Shown here: in pieces, positions 10,797 through 21,451 of the stretch
Numbering within the stretch: the first letter of the stretch is position 1
How the letters are laid out: every line of letters starts with the position of its first letter
DNA from: Bdellovibrionota bacterium
GTDB lineage: Bacteria > Bdellovibrionota_C > UBA2361 > JBIKUX01
Assembly: GCA_044347345.1 (NCBI GenBank)
Contig: JBIKUX010000001.1
Span: 106,425-170,424, forward strand
Reading direction: 5' to 3'
DNA length: 64,000 nt
Notes under the pieces: model-generated
What the model was told of the DNA's origin: nothing
Databases searched by the model: none
Seen by the model: the letters and a program-made list of their open reading frames with translations, nothing else
Program-made: the position numbers and the translations under genes

Positions 10797-12004
10797 TTAA
10801 TCTAAAGTTTTATTTTTCCCTGTTTAGTTCAAAGAACTCTCAAGCTATCCTCTCTTATTTGATTATTTTTACACTAATGTCCTCGACGATTTCAGCACAG
10901 GACTCCTCTTTTACTGAACCTGTTTTACCAAGTGTCATTGATTTATCTTCGCAGAAAAAAACAGATAAACCTTTGCAGGAAAAACCTCTCAAGAAATTAA
11001 CTGCGTCACCCTCACCACTAGTATCTTCATTAATAGATTCCGGAATTATTCAAACAAGTTTCACTCTCAGCGCTCCACCTTCAGCTACATTCGATATTTC
11101 TGGTCGAATCGCTTTTACGGCAAAAGTTAAAGATACTGAGGGTATTTTCGTGCTCGATCTCGATTCAAATACTTTTTCACCATTAATTCTCGGACCTGGT
11201 AACAACCGCTACCCAACAATTTCTCCAGATGGAAAATACATCGCCTTTGTATCCGACCGCGATGGTAACAGCGAAATATATGTTACACGCTGGGATGGCA
11301 CTTCTGTAACAAGGATTACAAAAAACTCAACTGAAGATACAGACCCAACTTGGCTTCCTCGTACTTCTGCTATCCTGTTCTCGCGAATAGCAGGTAAAGA
11401 GCCAAATATTACTACTGAACTACGAATAGCCTCACTTGTAGACAATAATCAGCAATTGACCAGCAATGAAGTCTTACTATGCAATCTTAAAGGCCGTAAT
11501 GTGAACGCGGCATGGACTCCAATTAAAGATATGGTGACCTATTCATCAAATCGTTTCTGGCCTGGTTGGGATATTTGTGGATGGCAAATTGCATCTAAAA
11601 GTGAACGATGCTTTTTTGGAGGAGATGAATCTTTCGGCAGAGCTAAATGGTCTCCTGACGGTCTTCAATTAGTCTTTTCACATGGTGATGGAAGAAATAT
11701 GAATTTAGGTCTATCACTGCTCGGCAAAAAATCTTTTTCCGATATAACAACATCGGCAGGAAACGAATATGACCCCGAATGGTCACCAAACGGAGAGTAT
11801 TTAATTTTCGTAGCGGACGGAGCGACTCAAATATATCAGCCCTATATTTTGAAACTTGAAGACCGCTCCTACAAGCAACTTTTCAAAAGCCTTTTTTCAA
11901 TTCGCTATCTTTCTTGGTCACCACATAAAACTACAGATCTTGAGATTGACAGAATTTCTCAGATGGAAAACTCCAAGGTTACTGAAGAAAATGACCTTAA
12001 CTAA
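10793..12004 (+). CDS. TolB-like periplasmic beta-propeller protein (PD40 repeats)
   Basis: Repeated SPDG/WSPNG/IAFVSDRDGNSEIY motifs, signal peptide; ATG at 10793 overlaps the pgpA stop (ATGA); no tol-pal neighbours. Confidence 0.8.
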   Translation: MINLKFYFSLFSSKNSQAILSYLIIFTLMSSTISAQDSSFTEPVLPSVIDLSSQKKTDKPLQEKPLKKLTASPSPLVSSLIDSGIIQTSFTLSAPPSATFDISGRIAFTAKVKDTEGIFVLDLDSNTFSPLILGPGNNRYPTISPDGKYIAFVSDRDGNSEIYVTRWDGTSVTRITKNSTEDTDPTWLPRTSAILFSRIAGKEPNITTELRIASLVDNNQQLTSNEVLLCNLKGRNVNAAWTPIKDMVTYSSNRFWPGWDICGWQIASKSERCFFGGDESFGRAKWSPDGLQLVFSHGDGRNMNLGLSLLGKKSFSDITTSAGNEYDPEWSPNGEYLIFVADGATQIYQPYILKLEDRSYKQLFKSLFSIRYLSWSPHKTTDLEIDRISQMENSKVTEENDLN

Positions 12005-13139
12005 ATTGACTTATAATAAGCGATTTCTATCTACGCTAATTTTTTTTACCATTACTTCGAGTATATTTTCAGCCGGATGTAACCCACTATACGTAGCTCG
12101 AGCTGGGATGAACGGTGCTTTATTTATTCTTCGGCGACAACCGATTGATACCGTTATAACCAACCCATCTACTCCGGTAGAAATTCAAAGAAAACTTAAT
12201 CTAATAAAAGCAGCCCGCCATTACGCTATATCAAGGGGTCTTACTCCTTATGGCTCTTTTACCTATTACACAGAAGTGAAAGGTGATGCCGTTAGCTGGT
12301 TAGTGACAGCAGTAAAAAAAGGTTCCTTTGTCCCCAAAACTTGGTGGTTTCCATTCGTAGGAACAGTGCCCTACAAAGGGTTTTTCTCAAAAAATGAGGC
12401 AGATCATGCAAGTAACTCCTTAATTGCAGATAACTACGATACGAATGTCCGTGTTGTTGAGGCCTACAGCACACTCGGTTGGTTTGATGACCCAGTGCCT
12501 TCATTACTATTAAAACGCTCAGATATTCAGTTAGTCGAAAACGTAATTCACGAAATAGTCCACTCAACCGTGTGGATTCCTAATCAAGTTTCTGTCAATG
12601 AAAGCCTTGCGCAGTATATTGCTTTACGAGAAACAATCCGATTTTTTCTCGATTCTTCTCATGAGTTTTATTCTATTAATACTGCCGATACTGCTAAAAA
12701 CAGTAGTGAAAAATACATTCTTTCTGCTAAGCGATTCGAACAACTTTTTCGACAATTATTGGCTCTTTATGAAAAACAAGAAATAAGTGCCCAAAAAAAA
12801 GAGGAAATACAAAAAGAATTATATCAACAAACAATAAATGATGTTCGTACCTTTGCGCCACAGTTTGTGTTTGTTGAAGCTCCGAATAATGCAGCTTTAC
12901 TGGATGTAATACTTTATCTGCAAGGATATGACCTTTGGTCAAAAATGTATGATAAGTATGATGGTGAAATACCTAAAATTATGAGCAAAGTGCAGTCATT
13001 TGCAGTAAAATACACCGAATACCTAGAGCATCTGAAAGAGTTTAATTTTAAGTCTAAATCCAAACATAATAATGTAACGGGCGATGAGAGTACCGCTACT
13101 CCTCAGCTTATCGATTTTATCCGACAAAAATTAACCTAA
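11991..13139 (+). CDS. Predicted zinc aminopeptidase lipoprotein (DUF2265-like)
   Basis: Lipobox FSAGC; WWFPFVGTVPYKGFF, AYSTLGWFDDP, HEXXH (HEIVH) with downstream NESLA. Confidence 0.85.
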   Translation: MTLTKLTYNKRFLSTLIFFTITSSIFSAGCNPLYVARAGMNGALFILRRQPIDTVITNPSTPVEIQRKLNLIKAARHYAISRGLTPYGSFTYYTEVKGDAVSWLVTAVKKGSFVPKTWWFPFVGTVPYKGFFSKNEADHASNSLIADNYDTNVRVVEAYSTLGWFDDPVPSLLLKRSDIQLVENVIHEIVHSTVWIPNQVSVNESLAQYIALRETIRFFLDSSHEFYSINTADTAKNSSEKYILSAKRFEQLFRQLLALYEKQEISAQKKEEIQKELYQQTINDVRTFAPQFVFVEAPNNAALLDVILYLQGYDLWSKMYDKYDGEIPKIMSKVQSFAVKYTEYLEHLKEFNFKSKSKHNNVTGDESTATPQLIDFIRQKLT

Positions 13140-13196
13140 TTATTTTTTTGAGCCTTCTTTTCTTCTGATAATTCGAGGTGTAATAGTCTTGACTAT

Positions 13197-14237
13197 ATGT
13201 TAATAAAAAAATTTAATTCTCAAATCTCATCACCCTCTTACCACTTTGCGGACTATTTACTAAAACGAGTGAAGAAACATAAGTCAGTCTTAGTTGTCGG
13301 TCTTGATCCTCAAATAGAGGAAATACCAGATTTATTGCATGATAAGGCTCAAAAAAACTCTCTAACCGATGAAGATTTCATACATAATCTTCTGACAGAT
13401 TATTATCGCGGTGTTTTAATTCAAATAGCAGAGAGCATTCTAGCCATAAAGCCCAATATAGCCTTCTTTGAACAATTTGGCATAGGTGGCTTGCGAGCTT
13501 TTGCTACTGTGATAAGTATCGCGAAAGAGTTAAAAGTCCCTATCATTGCTGATATAAAACGCGGAGATATAGGTTCTACCGCCACAGCTTATGCAAATGC
13601 ATATTTGCCAGCGCGCCGAAGTTACCGTAATTCTCTCAATGAATTTGCTGTAGATGCCATTACCATTTCACCGTTTCTTGGACTTGATTCGTTGAGTCCG
13701 ATCATTTCAGTAGCAAAAGATCATGGCAAAGGAGTGTTTATTTTAGTAAAGACCTCCAATGAGGGTAGTAAAGACCTACAAGATAAAATTCTAAGTGATG
13801 CCCAAATTAGTGTGTCACAACAAGTTGCTGAATGGATCACTTCTCTAGGTGAAGGGTCTCACGGAGAATCAGGTTATTCTCTTCTTGGAGCAGTTGTTGG
13901 AGCGACTTTTCCAGAACATCTTGCGTTTTTCCGTTCTCTCCTGACATCCGAATTATTCTTAATTCCTGGAGTAGGAAGTCAAGGTGGTGCTGTTCAAGAT
14001 ATCGCTCCTGCTTTTTCTACGAGCTCTAATTGTTTAGGACCTGGAGCCGTAGTAAATGTCTCCCGCGGTATCTTTAAAGATGCTTTCATGAAAGTATACA
14101 GACAAAATCATCGAGACTTTTCGAGCGAACAACTTAACTGTAAAAATGACCAATTTAAACAATGGAATAATGAAATTATTAATTTAGTGCGCTCATTTAA
14201 CCAATCACTTCAAAGTGTAATATCTTCACAGGACTGA
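13197..14237 (+). CDS. pyrF: Orotidine-5'-phosphate decarboxylase (long, subfamily 2 type)
   Basis: VGLDP, KPNIAFFE, DIKRGDIGST, GAVVGAT, LIPGVGSQGG, NVSRGI. Confidence 0.95.
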   Translation: MLIKKFNSQISSPSYHFADYLLKRVKKHKSVLVVGLDPQIEEIPDLLHDKAQKNSLTDEDFIHNLLTDYYRGVLIQIAESILAIKPNIAFFEQFGIGGLRAFATVISIAKELKVPIIADIKRGDIGSTATAYANAYLPARRSYRNSLNEFAVDAITISPFLGLDSLSPIISVAKDHGKGVFILVKTSNEGSKDLQDKILSDAQISVSQQVAEWITSLGEGSHGESGYSLLGAVVGATFPEHLAFFRSLLTSELFLIPGVGSQGGAVQDIAPAFSTSSNCLGPGAVVNVSRGIFKDAFMKVYRQNHRDFSSEQLNCKNDQFKQWNNEIINLVRSFNQSLQSVISSQD

Positions 14238-14239
14238 AT

Positions 14240-16693
14240 GTGACCTCACCTTTTCGATTACTCGCTGGAGAACTGCCTATCGGTTCACTTGTAATTTATG
14301 AGATTAATAGCGTACCAACTTTAGGCCGCGTCCTTAAACAAAAAGATGGAAAATGTACCATTTTAAATGAACGAGGCGAGGAATTATTACTTCCAATATC
14401 GCGTCTTACTTCATTTAAAGCCCCCCAAAAAGTCTTCCGATTTGAAGCGGCAACTGATAGCGATACAAAAATATCTTCAAAAATAGCAAAACAAAGCATT
14501 GCCGAAACTCTCAAAAAAATAGGAGAAAAAGTTACAGAGCATGCCTCTCAGATCAATTTACCTGAACTTTGGAGTTTAGTCAGCGAAGAACCTAATAATT
14601 ACACCATTCACCAATTAGCAGAGCTTCTACCAACTCAAGATTCAGATCACTTTACAAATTTAGCTTCTGAGCTAGGAATCGATGCAGAGGATATTACATG
14701 CCTTCCTACCATCGCACTACACCTTGCTATTATAAAAGACCGTATTTATTTTCGGCGACAAGACCGCCACTTTATACCCCGTTCAGAAACAGCGGTAGAA
14801 GAACTTAAAAAAGCTGAAGAAGCACTTAAACAGCGACAAGATAAAGAGGATGCTCTATTTGCTACTTTAGTAGCATTAACTACAAATGAGGATAAGGCCT
14901 TTTTAGAAGAAATTCGCGCGTCATTACAAGTTAAAAACTTGATGAGGATGGCGGCGCAGATAGAAGATCCCGACCCGTCTCGTCGAAAAGAAACTAAATT
15001 ATTTTTAGAAAGATTAGAAAAAGTCCTTCAAGACAAAAATCCTATTTTCGGCTCAGAAATTGAACGAACAGACTCATTTCGGGCTCGTCTTGTGTTAGCA
15101 AAATTAGGACTTATATCAATTGATGAAAATCTTTTTTATCTTAAATCTAATGTCGAGGTTCCCTTCTCTTCAACAGTAGAGGTTTGGATCCCAAACATTA
15201 TCGAAAGAACTCAAGCCTCGGTACGAAATGCTACTCGACCAATTACAGACCTTACTGGCGATTCAGGAGTATCTCATTCTCTTCTAGGCGAAATAGATAT
15301 CACTCTTATTTCTGGTAGAATTGCATTGTCGACACCATCAATAGTAACAATTGACGATCCAACAACTAACGATCGTGATGATGGTCTATCTTTAGAATTA
15401 TTAAATTCTTCTGCCCATACCTATTTATGGAGGCTAGGTGTGCATATCTCTGATGTCGCATCAAGCATTGGCAGTGTTGGCTCATCTCAGAGTAACAATG
15501 ATTCTTCAGATCCACTCGAATCATTGGCTTCAGAACGTCTAACTTCAGTTTACTGCTCTGATATAACTCGCCATATGTTACCAAAAGACCTAGTAGAGAA
15601 AGCCTTCAGCTTAGACGAAGGAACTAAACGCCCAGCTCTTTCGCTTTTTATCACCTATAACGAAGACGTAGCAACTGGAGAATGCAGTATTGAAAATGTA
15701 TCTTTTGCACAAACTGCCGTCAGTATACAAAAAAATTGGGGTTATGATGAAGTTGATCAAATAATAGAAAATTTCTCACCAGCGTTAGCGCTCATCAGCC
15801 TGACTCCAGCCCTTAGCCTAATTGAAACTGAGTCATCAACTGAAATCAAAGCCTCAGAGACTCCATCTGAAGCAGATCATAATCTTTCATCTCTTCAATA
15901 TTTCTCGGCACTTCACAGATTTGCTAAATGGTTTGAAACTCACCGAAGCAAGTCAGGTGCCCAAGAGTTTGATAATCGTGATATCTCAGTAGTGTATTGT
16001 GAAAAAACGGATTCTCTGATTTTAACAGAGACCACAATGTCATCTCCATCCCGTCTCACTATTCGTGAACTCATGATCTGTTATAACTGGTTGGTCGCCG
16101 AGGCAGCAAGCCGCACCAATACCTCTATTCCCTTTAGAACTCAATCACCGCCACAATCTTCTGCTAATGATTCTTTTGAAATACCTCTCTCTTCTGGGCC
16201 AGCGCGTGATTATTTAGCTAAAGGACGCCTAAATCGATCCTTGTGGGGGACTGAGGCAAAACCACATTTTTCTTTAGGCTTACCGTGTTACTGTCAAGCT
16301 ACTTCTCCAATCAGGAGATACTACGACCTTTTAGCTCAGCAACAGATTCGTTCGCTTCTTAATCAAGAGTCTCCGCCTTATTCTAAAGATAGAATTGCAG
16401 AAAAACTGGAACAAAGCGCGCCGTATTTAATAGCCACGCAATTAGTAGCAAAAGATTCTAAGAGGTTTTGGATGTTACGCTACTTGGCTCAAGAAAAGAC
16501 TCGTAATAATAGCGTATTTGAAGGAGTAGTAGTTAGAGCCGACAATAGAGGAATCCTTGCTCTTATTCCTTCCATACAACTTACTTGCCTTGTAAAAAAT
16601 GTTTCTTCATTAAAACTGGGTGATTCAGTAAAGGTTAAACTAGTAAAAATCGATCCATACAATGACTTTATTAAATGGCAATTGGTAGTTTAA
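14240..16693 (+). CDS. RNase II/RNB-family exoribonuclease
   Basis: Catalytic TIDDPTTNDRDDG, VHISDV, RELMI, HFSLG, QATSPIRRYYDL; short S1-like C-terminus. Confidence 0.88.
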   Translation: MTSPFRLLAGELPIGSLVIYEINSVPTLGRVLKQKDGKCTILNERGEELLLPISRLTSFKAPQKVFRFEAATDSDTKISSKIAKQSIAETLKKIGEKVTEHASQINLPELWSLVSEEPNNYTIHQLAELLPTQDSDHFTNLASELGIDAEDITCLPTIALHLAIIKDRIYFRRQDRHFIPRSETAVEELKKAEEALKQRQDKEDALFATLVALTTNEDKAFLEEIRASLQVKNLMRMAAQIEDPDPSRRKETKLFLERLEKVLQDKNPIFGSEIERTDSFRARLVLAKLGLISIDENLFYLKSNVEVPFSSTVEVWIPNIIERTQASVRNATRPITDLTGDSGVSHSLLGEIDITLISGRIALSTPSIVTIDDPTTNDRDDGLSLELLNSSAHTYLWRLGVHISDVASSIGSVGSSQSNNDSSDPLESLASERLTSVYCSDITRHMLPKDLVEKAFSLDEGTKRPALSLFITYNEDVATGECSIENVSFAQTAVSIQKNWGYDEVDQIIENFSPALALISLTPALSLIETESSTEIKASETPSEADHNLSSLQYFSALHRFAKWFETHRSKSGAQEFDNRDISVVYCEKTDSLILTETTMSSPSRLTIRELMICYNWLVAEAASRTNTSIPFRTQSPPQSSANDSFEIPLSSGPARDYLAKGRLNRSLWGTEAKPHFSLGLPCYCQATSPIRRYYDLLAQQQIRSLLNQESPPYSKDRIAEKLEQSAPYLIATQLVAKDSKRFWMLRYLAQEKTRNNSVFEGVVVRADNRGILALIPSIQLTCLVKNVSSLKLGDSVKVKLVKIDPYNDFIKWQLVV

Positions 16694-17940
16694 TTAGTTA
16701 AAGGTGAGTAACTAGAAAATCTTCTTGCTACATCATCATCAGTCTGAGCAAACTCACTTTGACGAGCATATACCTCCTGCTCAGCTAGGGAATTAAGAGC
16801 TAACCCTTTTGTACCAAAGCGAGCTATAACTTGCTCATCTTTAACTACGGGTAACACATCTTTTATTGGCCCACTACCAGGTAAAGACCTTTCCATAATG
16901 GGAACTAATCTACGACTAATATTTGATGCTTCGCAAAATTGTCTTAAAAATGAAAATGCAGCACGCTCAGGATAAGCATGCGCTGCAACAGGACTTAAAG
17001 ATTTAGATACATTAGAACTGAAGCTCCACTTAATTGAAGACTTCGTTGAGCCATCGAGTACTAAGTAAGATATCTTAGGAGTTTTATATGCTATCTTTTT
17101 TATAAAATAACCATGATTAATTAAGTCACTATTTCGTTTAAAAAGAAACGAATCTATATCCACTTTATAAAATTCATCTCTAATTAATGGTTTAATCATT
17201 TGAACTTCAATTAAGCTCTCTTTAAGTAAACATTGATCAGAGCTATCAATTATAACGAAATTGTGTCGATCCCTAAAAACTAATAAGCCGACCTTTGGAT
17301 TATCAACCTTTACTATGTACCGCTCACATGCGTACCATCCATTCGATTTATTTGTAATTTTTGGAATTGTCTCTGTCGCATCAACTACTACACTTGTAAT
17401 TACATGTAACTGCTTACCACTTGCAGCTTGCTCTAACTGAAGATTTACGCGACCATCCGCCGCTAAACTAGAGCTTATAGGTCGGACGTAGTTCATGACT
17501 ACTGCACCCTCATCGCGAGCCGATACAATCTGCTCCATCACTAACCTAGGAGCATTCCACCAAGGTAGAGTAACTGTTTTATGAAACCATGAGTTATCTA
17601 AACAAGTGACTGAAGTATGACCAACTAGATGAGGAGCTGAAATACTCCTCGTAGTAAACAGTGTGTCTTTTTTTAACCTTCGCCACCAAGGCTTAACTAA
17701 TTCAAGGGGATTTATTCCCACATGCCCACTTAAAGGCGTATCAAGAAAATCATTTTGAGAGATGAGAAGAGTTGAAAAAGAATTGAGCGCTGACGTCCGA
17801 GCAACGAGTGCCCCTAGAAGTCCTCCTCCAATCACAACAACATCATAAAAGTCAGGATTAGTGCCTTTGGATATGTAAGACTTATTTAATGATTTAGTAT
17901 CAAGGATCATAGATTGCGGCACAAACCGCTCAAAAGACAT
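16690..17940 (-). CDS. Divergent FAD-dependent oxidoreductase, GlpD-like
   Basis: DVVVIGGGLLGALVAR Rossmann motif, APHLV, PRL...ARDEGAVVMNY, VVDAT, C-terminal EFAQTDDDVARR; GlpD GTSS/IHGG motifs absent. Confidence 0.6.
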   Translation of the reverse strand: MSFERFVPQSMILDTKSLNKSYISKGTNPDFYDVVVIGGGLLGALVARTSALNSFSTLLISQNDFLDTPLSGHVGINPLELVKPWWRRLKKDTLFTTRSISAPHLVGHTSVTCLDNSWFHKTVTLPWWNAPRLVMEQIVSARDEGAVVMNYVRPISSSLAADGRVNLQLEQAASGKQLHVITSVVVDATETIPKITNKSNGWYACERYIVKVDNPKVGLLVFRDRHNFVIIDSSDQCLLKESLIEVQMIKPLIRDEFYKVDIDSFLFKRNSDLINHGYFIKKIAYKTPKISYLVLDGSTKSSIKWSFSSNVSKSLSPVAAHAYPERAAFSFLRQFCEASNISRRLVPIMERSLPGSGPIKDVLPVVKDEQVIARFGTKGLALNSLAEQEVYARQSEFAQTDDDVARRFSSYSPLTN

Positions 17941-17984
17941 TTATCCACTCCTCCCTTTGATACAATCCACTAAACACTTTAACT

Positions 17985-18350
17985 TTACTGATTAGCTGGA
18001 TCTCTATTTACCGAAACCACACGCCCTTTAGAGGTTATAATCTTCCACATTCCTGGTTTTATATTGGCAAACTTTATAATTCTTCCACTACCTAATCCCT
18101 TAATTTGTGATTCCACAGCATCAAGACGGTCAAGAGTTGCTACTGTATTACCATCATTAGTTTCTTGTGATTCAGACAAAACAACCACGATATTAGCCGG
18201 CGCAGATACTGAAGCTATAAGACGCACTAAACCAGTTTCATCAACAATTCTTAATTCATCAGCAAAACACTTAGCCTCAAATATTAGATTCATAAACTGG
18301 AAAATAAGACAAAAAATATAAAAAAAATGAAAGAATTCCCTTTTAAGCAT
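17985..18350 (-). CDS. Small exported hypothetical protein
   Basis: 121-aa ORF with signal-peptide-like N-terminus, co-oriented after purD. Confidence 0.6.
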   Translation of the reverse strand: MLKREFFHFFYIFCLIFQFMNLIFEAKCFADELRIVDETGLVRLIASVSAPANIVVVLSESQETNDGNTVATLDRLDAVESQIKGLGSGRIIKFANIKPGMWKIITSKGRVVSVNRDPANQ

Positions 18351-18361
18351 CTTTTTATTTA

Positions 18362-19624
18362 TTAACCGTTTAGTGCACCAATATCTCTTCGATAAAATGC
18401 TCCTCTAATCGTAAGTTTTTCGCAGGCAGAATAGGCACTTTTAAGGGCATCGCTTACTTGCTTACCTTGAGCACTAATGTTGAGAACTCGCCCTCCAGAT
18501 GTTACTAAGCTATCGTCTCTTAACTTAGTACCAGCATGAAAAACAATTACGTCTTGAACCGACTCAGCTTCTTCTAATCCATTTATGATATCACCGGTTA
18601 CCAAAGCAGTTGCATCCGGATATCCTTGTGAAGCTACTACGACACAAACTGAAGAATTAGTACTCCAAATAACTGGAGAGGTAACCTTATCACCAGATGC
18701 AAGTGGTAAAACAATATCGATTAATGATGACTCTAGTCGAGTAAGAATAACCTGAGCTTCTGGATCTCCTAGTCTAGCATTAAACTCTATTACCTGAGGA
18801 TTCTGTCCCTCCGGTACTATTAGCCCAGCGTAAAGAAAACCTCGGTAAATTATATTTCTGTTCCGTAATTCTCGTAACATAGGAGCGATAATATAATCTC
18901 TAACATATTCTTCCTGCTGAGAAGAAAGATAGGGAGTTGGTGAAATTGCACCCATTCCCCCCGTATTTGATCCCTTATTACCATCACCTACTCTCTTGTA
19001 ATCATGGGAAGCTACCATCGGAACAATATCTTCTCCGTTAGTAGCAACTATGTAAGATGCTTCAACTCCCCTAATAAACTCTTCAACCAATACAATTTGA
19101 GCATTTAATTGATTGAATAAATACTCGACTCCGTGAAGTAACTCCTTATCCGTAAAACAAATAACGACTCCCTTACCAGCAGCTAATCCATCCGCTTTCA
19201 GCACAACTGGGAAACCTGTCTCTTTGCCCTGAAAAATTGCAGCTTCTGGAGTGTTGACAATAATACTTCTTGGTGTCGGTACACCGGCTGCCCGCATAAT
19301 ATCCTTGGAAAAACTCTTTGATGCTTCGAGTAAAGCACCGTCTTTACCTGGACCAAAGGTCGCAATCTGTACATTCCTGAGGGCATCAGCTAATCCAAGA
19401 GATAACGGATATTCAGGACCAACAATAACAAGATCTATCTTTTTTAATGTAGCAAACTCTACAATTCCTGAAATGTCATCAATTTTTATCGGTATACACT
19501 CGGCTCGTTTTGCTATACCCGGATTACCAGGAGCACAATATAATTTATCTACTCGCGCATCACTCGAAATTTTCCATATTAATGCGTGCTCACGGCCACC
19601 GTTTCCAATAATTAAAATTCGCAT
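18362..19624 (-). CDS. purD: Phosphoribosylamine-glycine ligase
   Basis: GNGGREHAL, KADGLAAGKGV, NTGGMGA, EFNARLGDPE. Confidence 0.97.
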   Translation of the reverse strand: MRILIIGNGGREHALIWKISSDARVDKLYCAPGNPGIAKRAECIPIKIDDISGIVEFATLKKIDLVIVGPEYPLSLGLADALRNVQIATFGPGKDGALLEASKSFSKDIMRAAGVPTPRSIIVNTPEAAIFQGKETGFPVVLKADGLAAGKGVVICFTDKELLHGVEYLFNQLNAQIVLVEEFIRGVEASYIVATNGEDIVPMVASHDYKRVGDGNKGSNTGGMGAISPTPYLSSQQEEYVRDYIIAPMLRELRNRNIIYRGFLYAGLIVPEGQNPQVIEFNARLGDPEAQVILTRLESSLIDIVLPLASGDKVTSPVIWSTNSSVCVVVASQGYPDATALVTGDIINGLEEAESVQDVIVFHAGTKLRDDSLVTSGGRVLNISAQGKQVSDALKSAYSACEKLTIRGAFYRRDIGALNG

Positions 19625-19663
19625 AATCTAGGTCTCTAGTTGAGTTTACTATCTATAAATAAA

Positions 19664-21328
19664 TTAGTGACGGAAATGTCTATGTTCGGCAAATAATAAT
19701 GTTACTCCTGCTTGAGAAGCAGCGGATATAACCTCATCGTCTCGCTTTGCACCGCCAGGAACAATAATAGTCCCAACACCAGCATCAGAAAGCACCTGAA
19801 CAGTATCGGGAAAAGGGAAAAAAGCATCTGATGCTACAATAGCTCCCTTCGTAGAATGACCATGACGACGTGCTCGAGAAAGAGCTAATTCAGCGGAATC
19901 AATCCTACTCATTTGACCTGCTCCTACACCTATTAGCATGTCATTGTTTACTAACACTATGGCATTAGAACTGACTCGCGCACATATACCCCATGCTAAC
20001 GCAATTGATTGCAAAATAGAGCTCGTTGGCTTTTTTCCAGTCATACATCGAGCTAAATTGACCTCTTCTAATGCACGCTCGAAATATAAATCATCAGGTT
20101 CTTGTACTAATGTACCTCCAACTACTTGTCTGATCTCTTTTGGAATTTTAAGGGTTCGAAAGCTAGGTGCTATTACAATTCTAAGAGCTTTCTTTTTTGC
20201 AAAGACTTCTCTGGCGTTAATATCAATACCAGGAGCTACGACTACTTCAGCAAAATCAGAAGTTATTTCTTCGGCCACTTCTTTTGTAATAATAGAAGTA
20301 CATCCCACAATTCCGCCAAAATGGCTCCTTGGATCACCTTGTTTTGCTCCTTCAAGAGCTGATACTAAAGTAGGACGAAGAGCAGCTCCACATGGATTAA
20401 GATGCTTTACAATAACCACACCACATTGATTACAATGAGTGTCTTCGGGAAAAGCTCGCATAAGAAGAAGGGTCGCATTAAGGTCTAAAATATTATTATA
20501 GGAAAGTGGCTTTCCTTGCAGAAGATACCAAGGATTCTTATCTGAATAATTCTCACTTTCTGATAAGTAGTTTGGATTTAATTTTTTTTGAGATAATTTT
20601 TCGTTATACAAATTATAAATAGCAGCTTGCTGATGAGGATTTTCACCGTATCTCAATGATTGAGATCGTACTAAGACATCTCCAACAACTGGCTCAGTTA
20701 AATTATCAGTTAACTCTTTTTTTTCGACGGAAGAAGTAAGAAACTTTGCTATAGCCAAATCATAAGCAGCTGTAGCGGTAAATACTTTTGCGGCTAACTT
20801 AGTACGATATAAATCAGAAAATTTTTCACCAGCACTTATTAATCTTAAAACTTCTGGATAATCGGCTGGATCAATAACAGGTAAAACTGAACTACTATTT
20901 TTTGCTGCAGCGCGAAGCATCGTAGGCCCACCAATATCAATTAGCTCCCTGAGTTTTTTTTCATCATGTTCTCCCTGCTCAATAGCTGAAATAAAGGGAT
21001 ACAAATTAACTACTGCTATAGCTATTGGAGTAATGTTATGAAGCGTTAGCTCTTGACAATGTTGTGGGTTACTAACACAAGCAAGTAATCCAGCATGAAT
21101 CTTTGGATGAAGAGTTTTTACTCGACCATTCAGTATTTCTTGTTGACCAGTGTATTCTTCAATTGATTCAACTGAGATACCAGCTTTTTGTAAGGCTTGC
21201 ATTGTACCACCAGTAGCAAGAATACGATATCCTCCGTCAGTTAACCCTTGAGCTAGCGGAATTAAATCTGTCTTATCTGAAACGCTGACTAAAGCGTAGG
21301 GGCGTGAGCTTAAGAATGAGGCATTCAT
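19664..21328 (-). CDS. purH: Bifunctional AICAR formyltransferase/IMP cyclohydrolase
   Basis: SVSDK, GRVKTLHP, IDIGGPTMLRAAAKN, LRYGENPHQ, GAGQMSR, ASDAFFPF, RHFRH. Confidence 0.97.
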   Translation of the reverse strand: MNASFLSSRPYALVSVSDKTDLIPLAQGLTDGGYRILATGGTMQALQKAGISVESIEEYTGQQEILNGRVKTLHPKIHAGLLACVSNPQHCQELTLHNITPIAIAVVNLYPFISAIEQGEHDEKKLRELIDIGGPTMLRAAAKNSSSVLPVIDPADYPEVLRLISAGEKFSDLYRTKLAAKVFTATAAYDLAIAKFLTSSVEKKELTDNLTEPVVGDVLVRSQSLRYGENPHQQAAIYNLYNEKLSQKKLNPNYLSESENYSDKNPWYLLQGKPLSYNNILDLNATLLLMRAFPEDTHCNQCGVVIVKHLNPCGAALRPTLVSALEGAKQGDPRSHFGGIVGCTSIITKEVAEEITSDFAEVVVAPGIDINAREVFAKKKALRIVIAPSFRTLKIPKEIRQVVGGTLVQEPDDLYFERALEEVNLARCMTGKKPTSSILQSIALAWGICARVSSNAIVLVNNDMLIGVGAGQMSRIDSAELALSRARRHGHSTKGAIVASDAFFPFPDTVQVLSDAGVGTIIVPGGAKRDDEVISAASQAGVTLLFAEHRHFRH

Positions 21329-21451
21329 GAGGGAAGTTCCTTTTATACAAAGCGGACAGGTATAATTTAGAACGCTATAATGCCCTAAGGGAACTTTCTG
21401 ATCAAAAATTCTTTGGTTTAAAATTATCCAATTAATCTTTTTAGCTTTTGT

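Noticed and set aside
10793-12004. Calling the beta-propeller gene tolB
   Set aside because: No tolQRA or pal neighbours and no clear TolB N-terminal domain
17941-17970. DnaA-box-like TTATCCACT
   Set aside because: Explained as the reverse complement of the RBS and spacer of the GlpD-like gene
21329-21451. ZMP/ZTP riboswitch upstream of purH
   Set aside because: No CGACTGGCGGAA or CGCCTGGGC elements in this short AT-rich spacer
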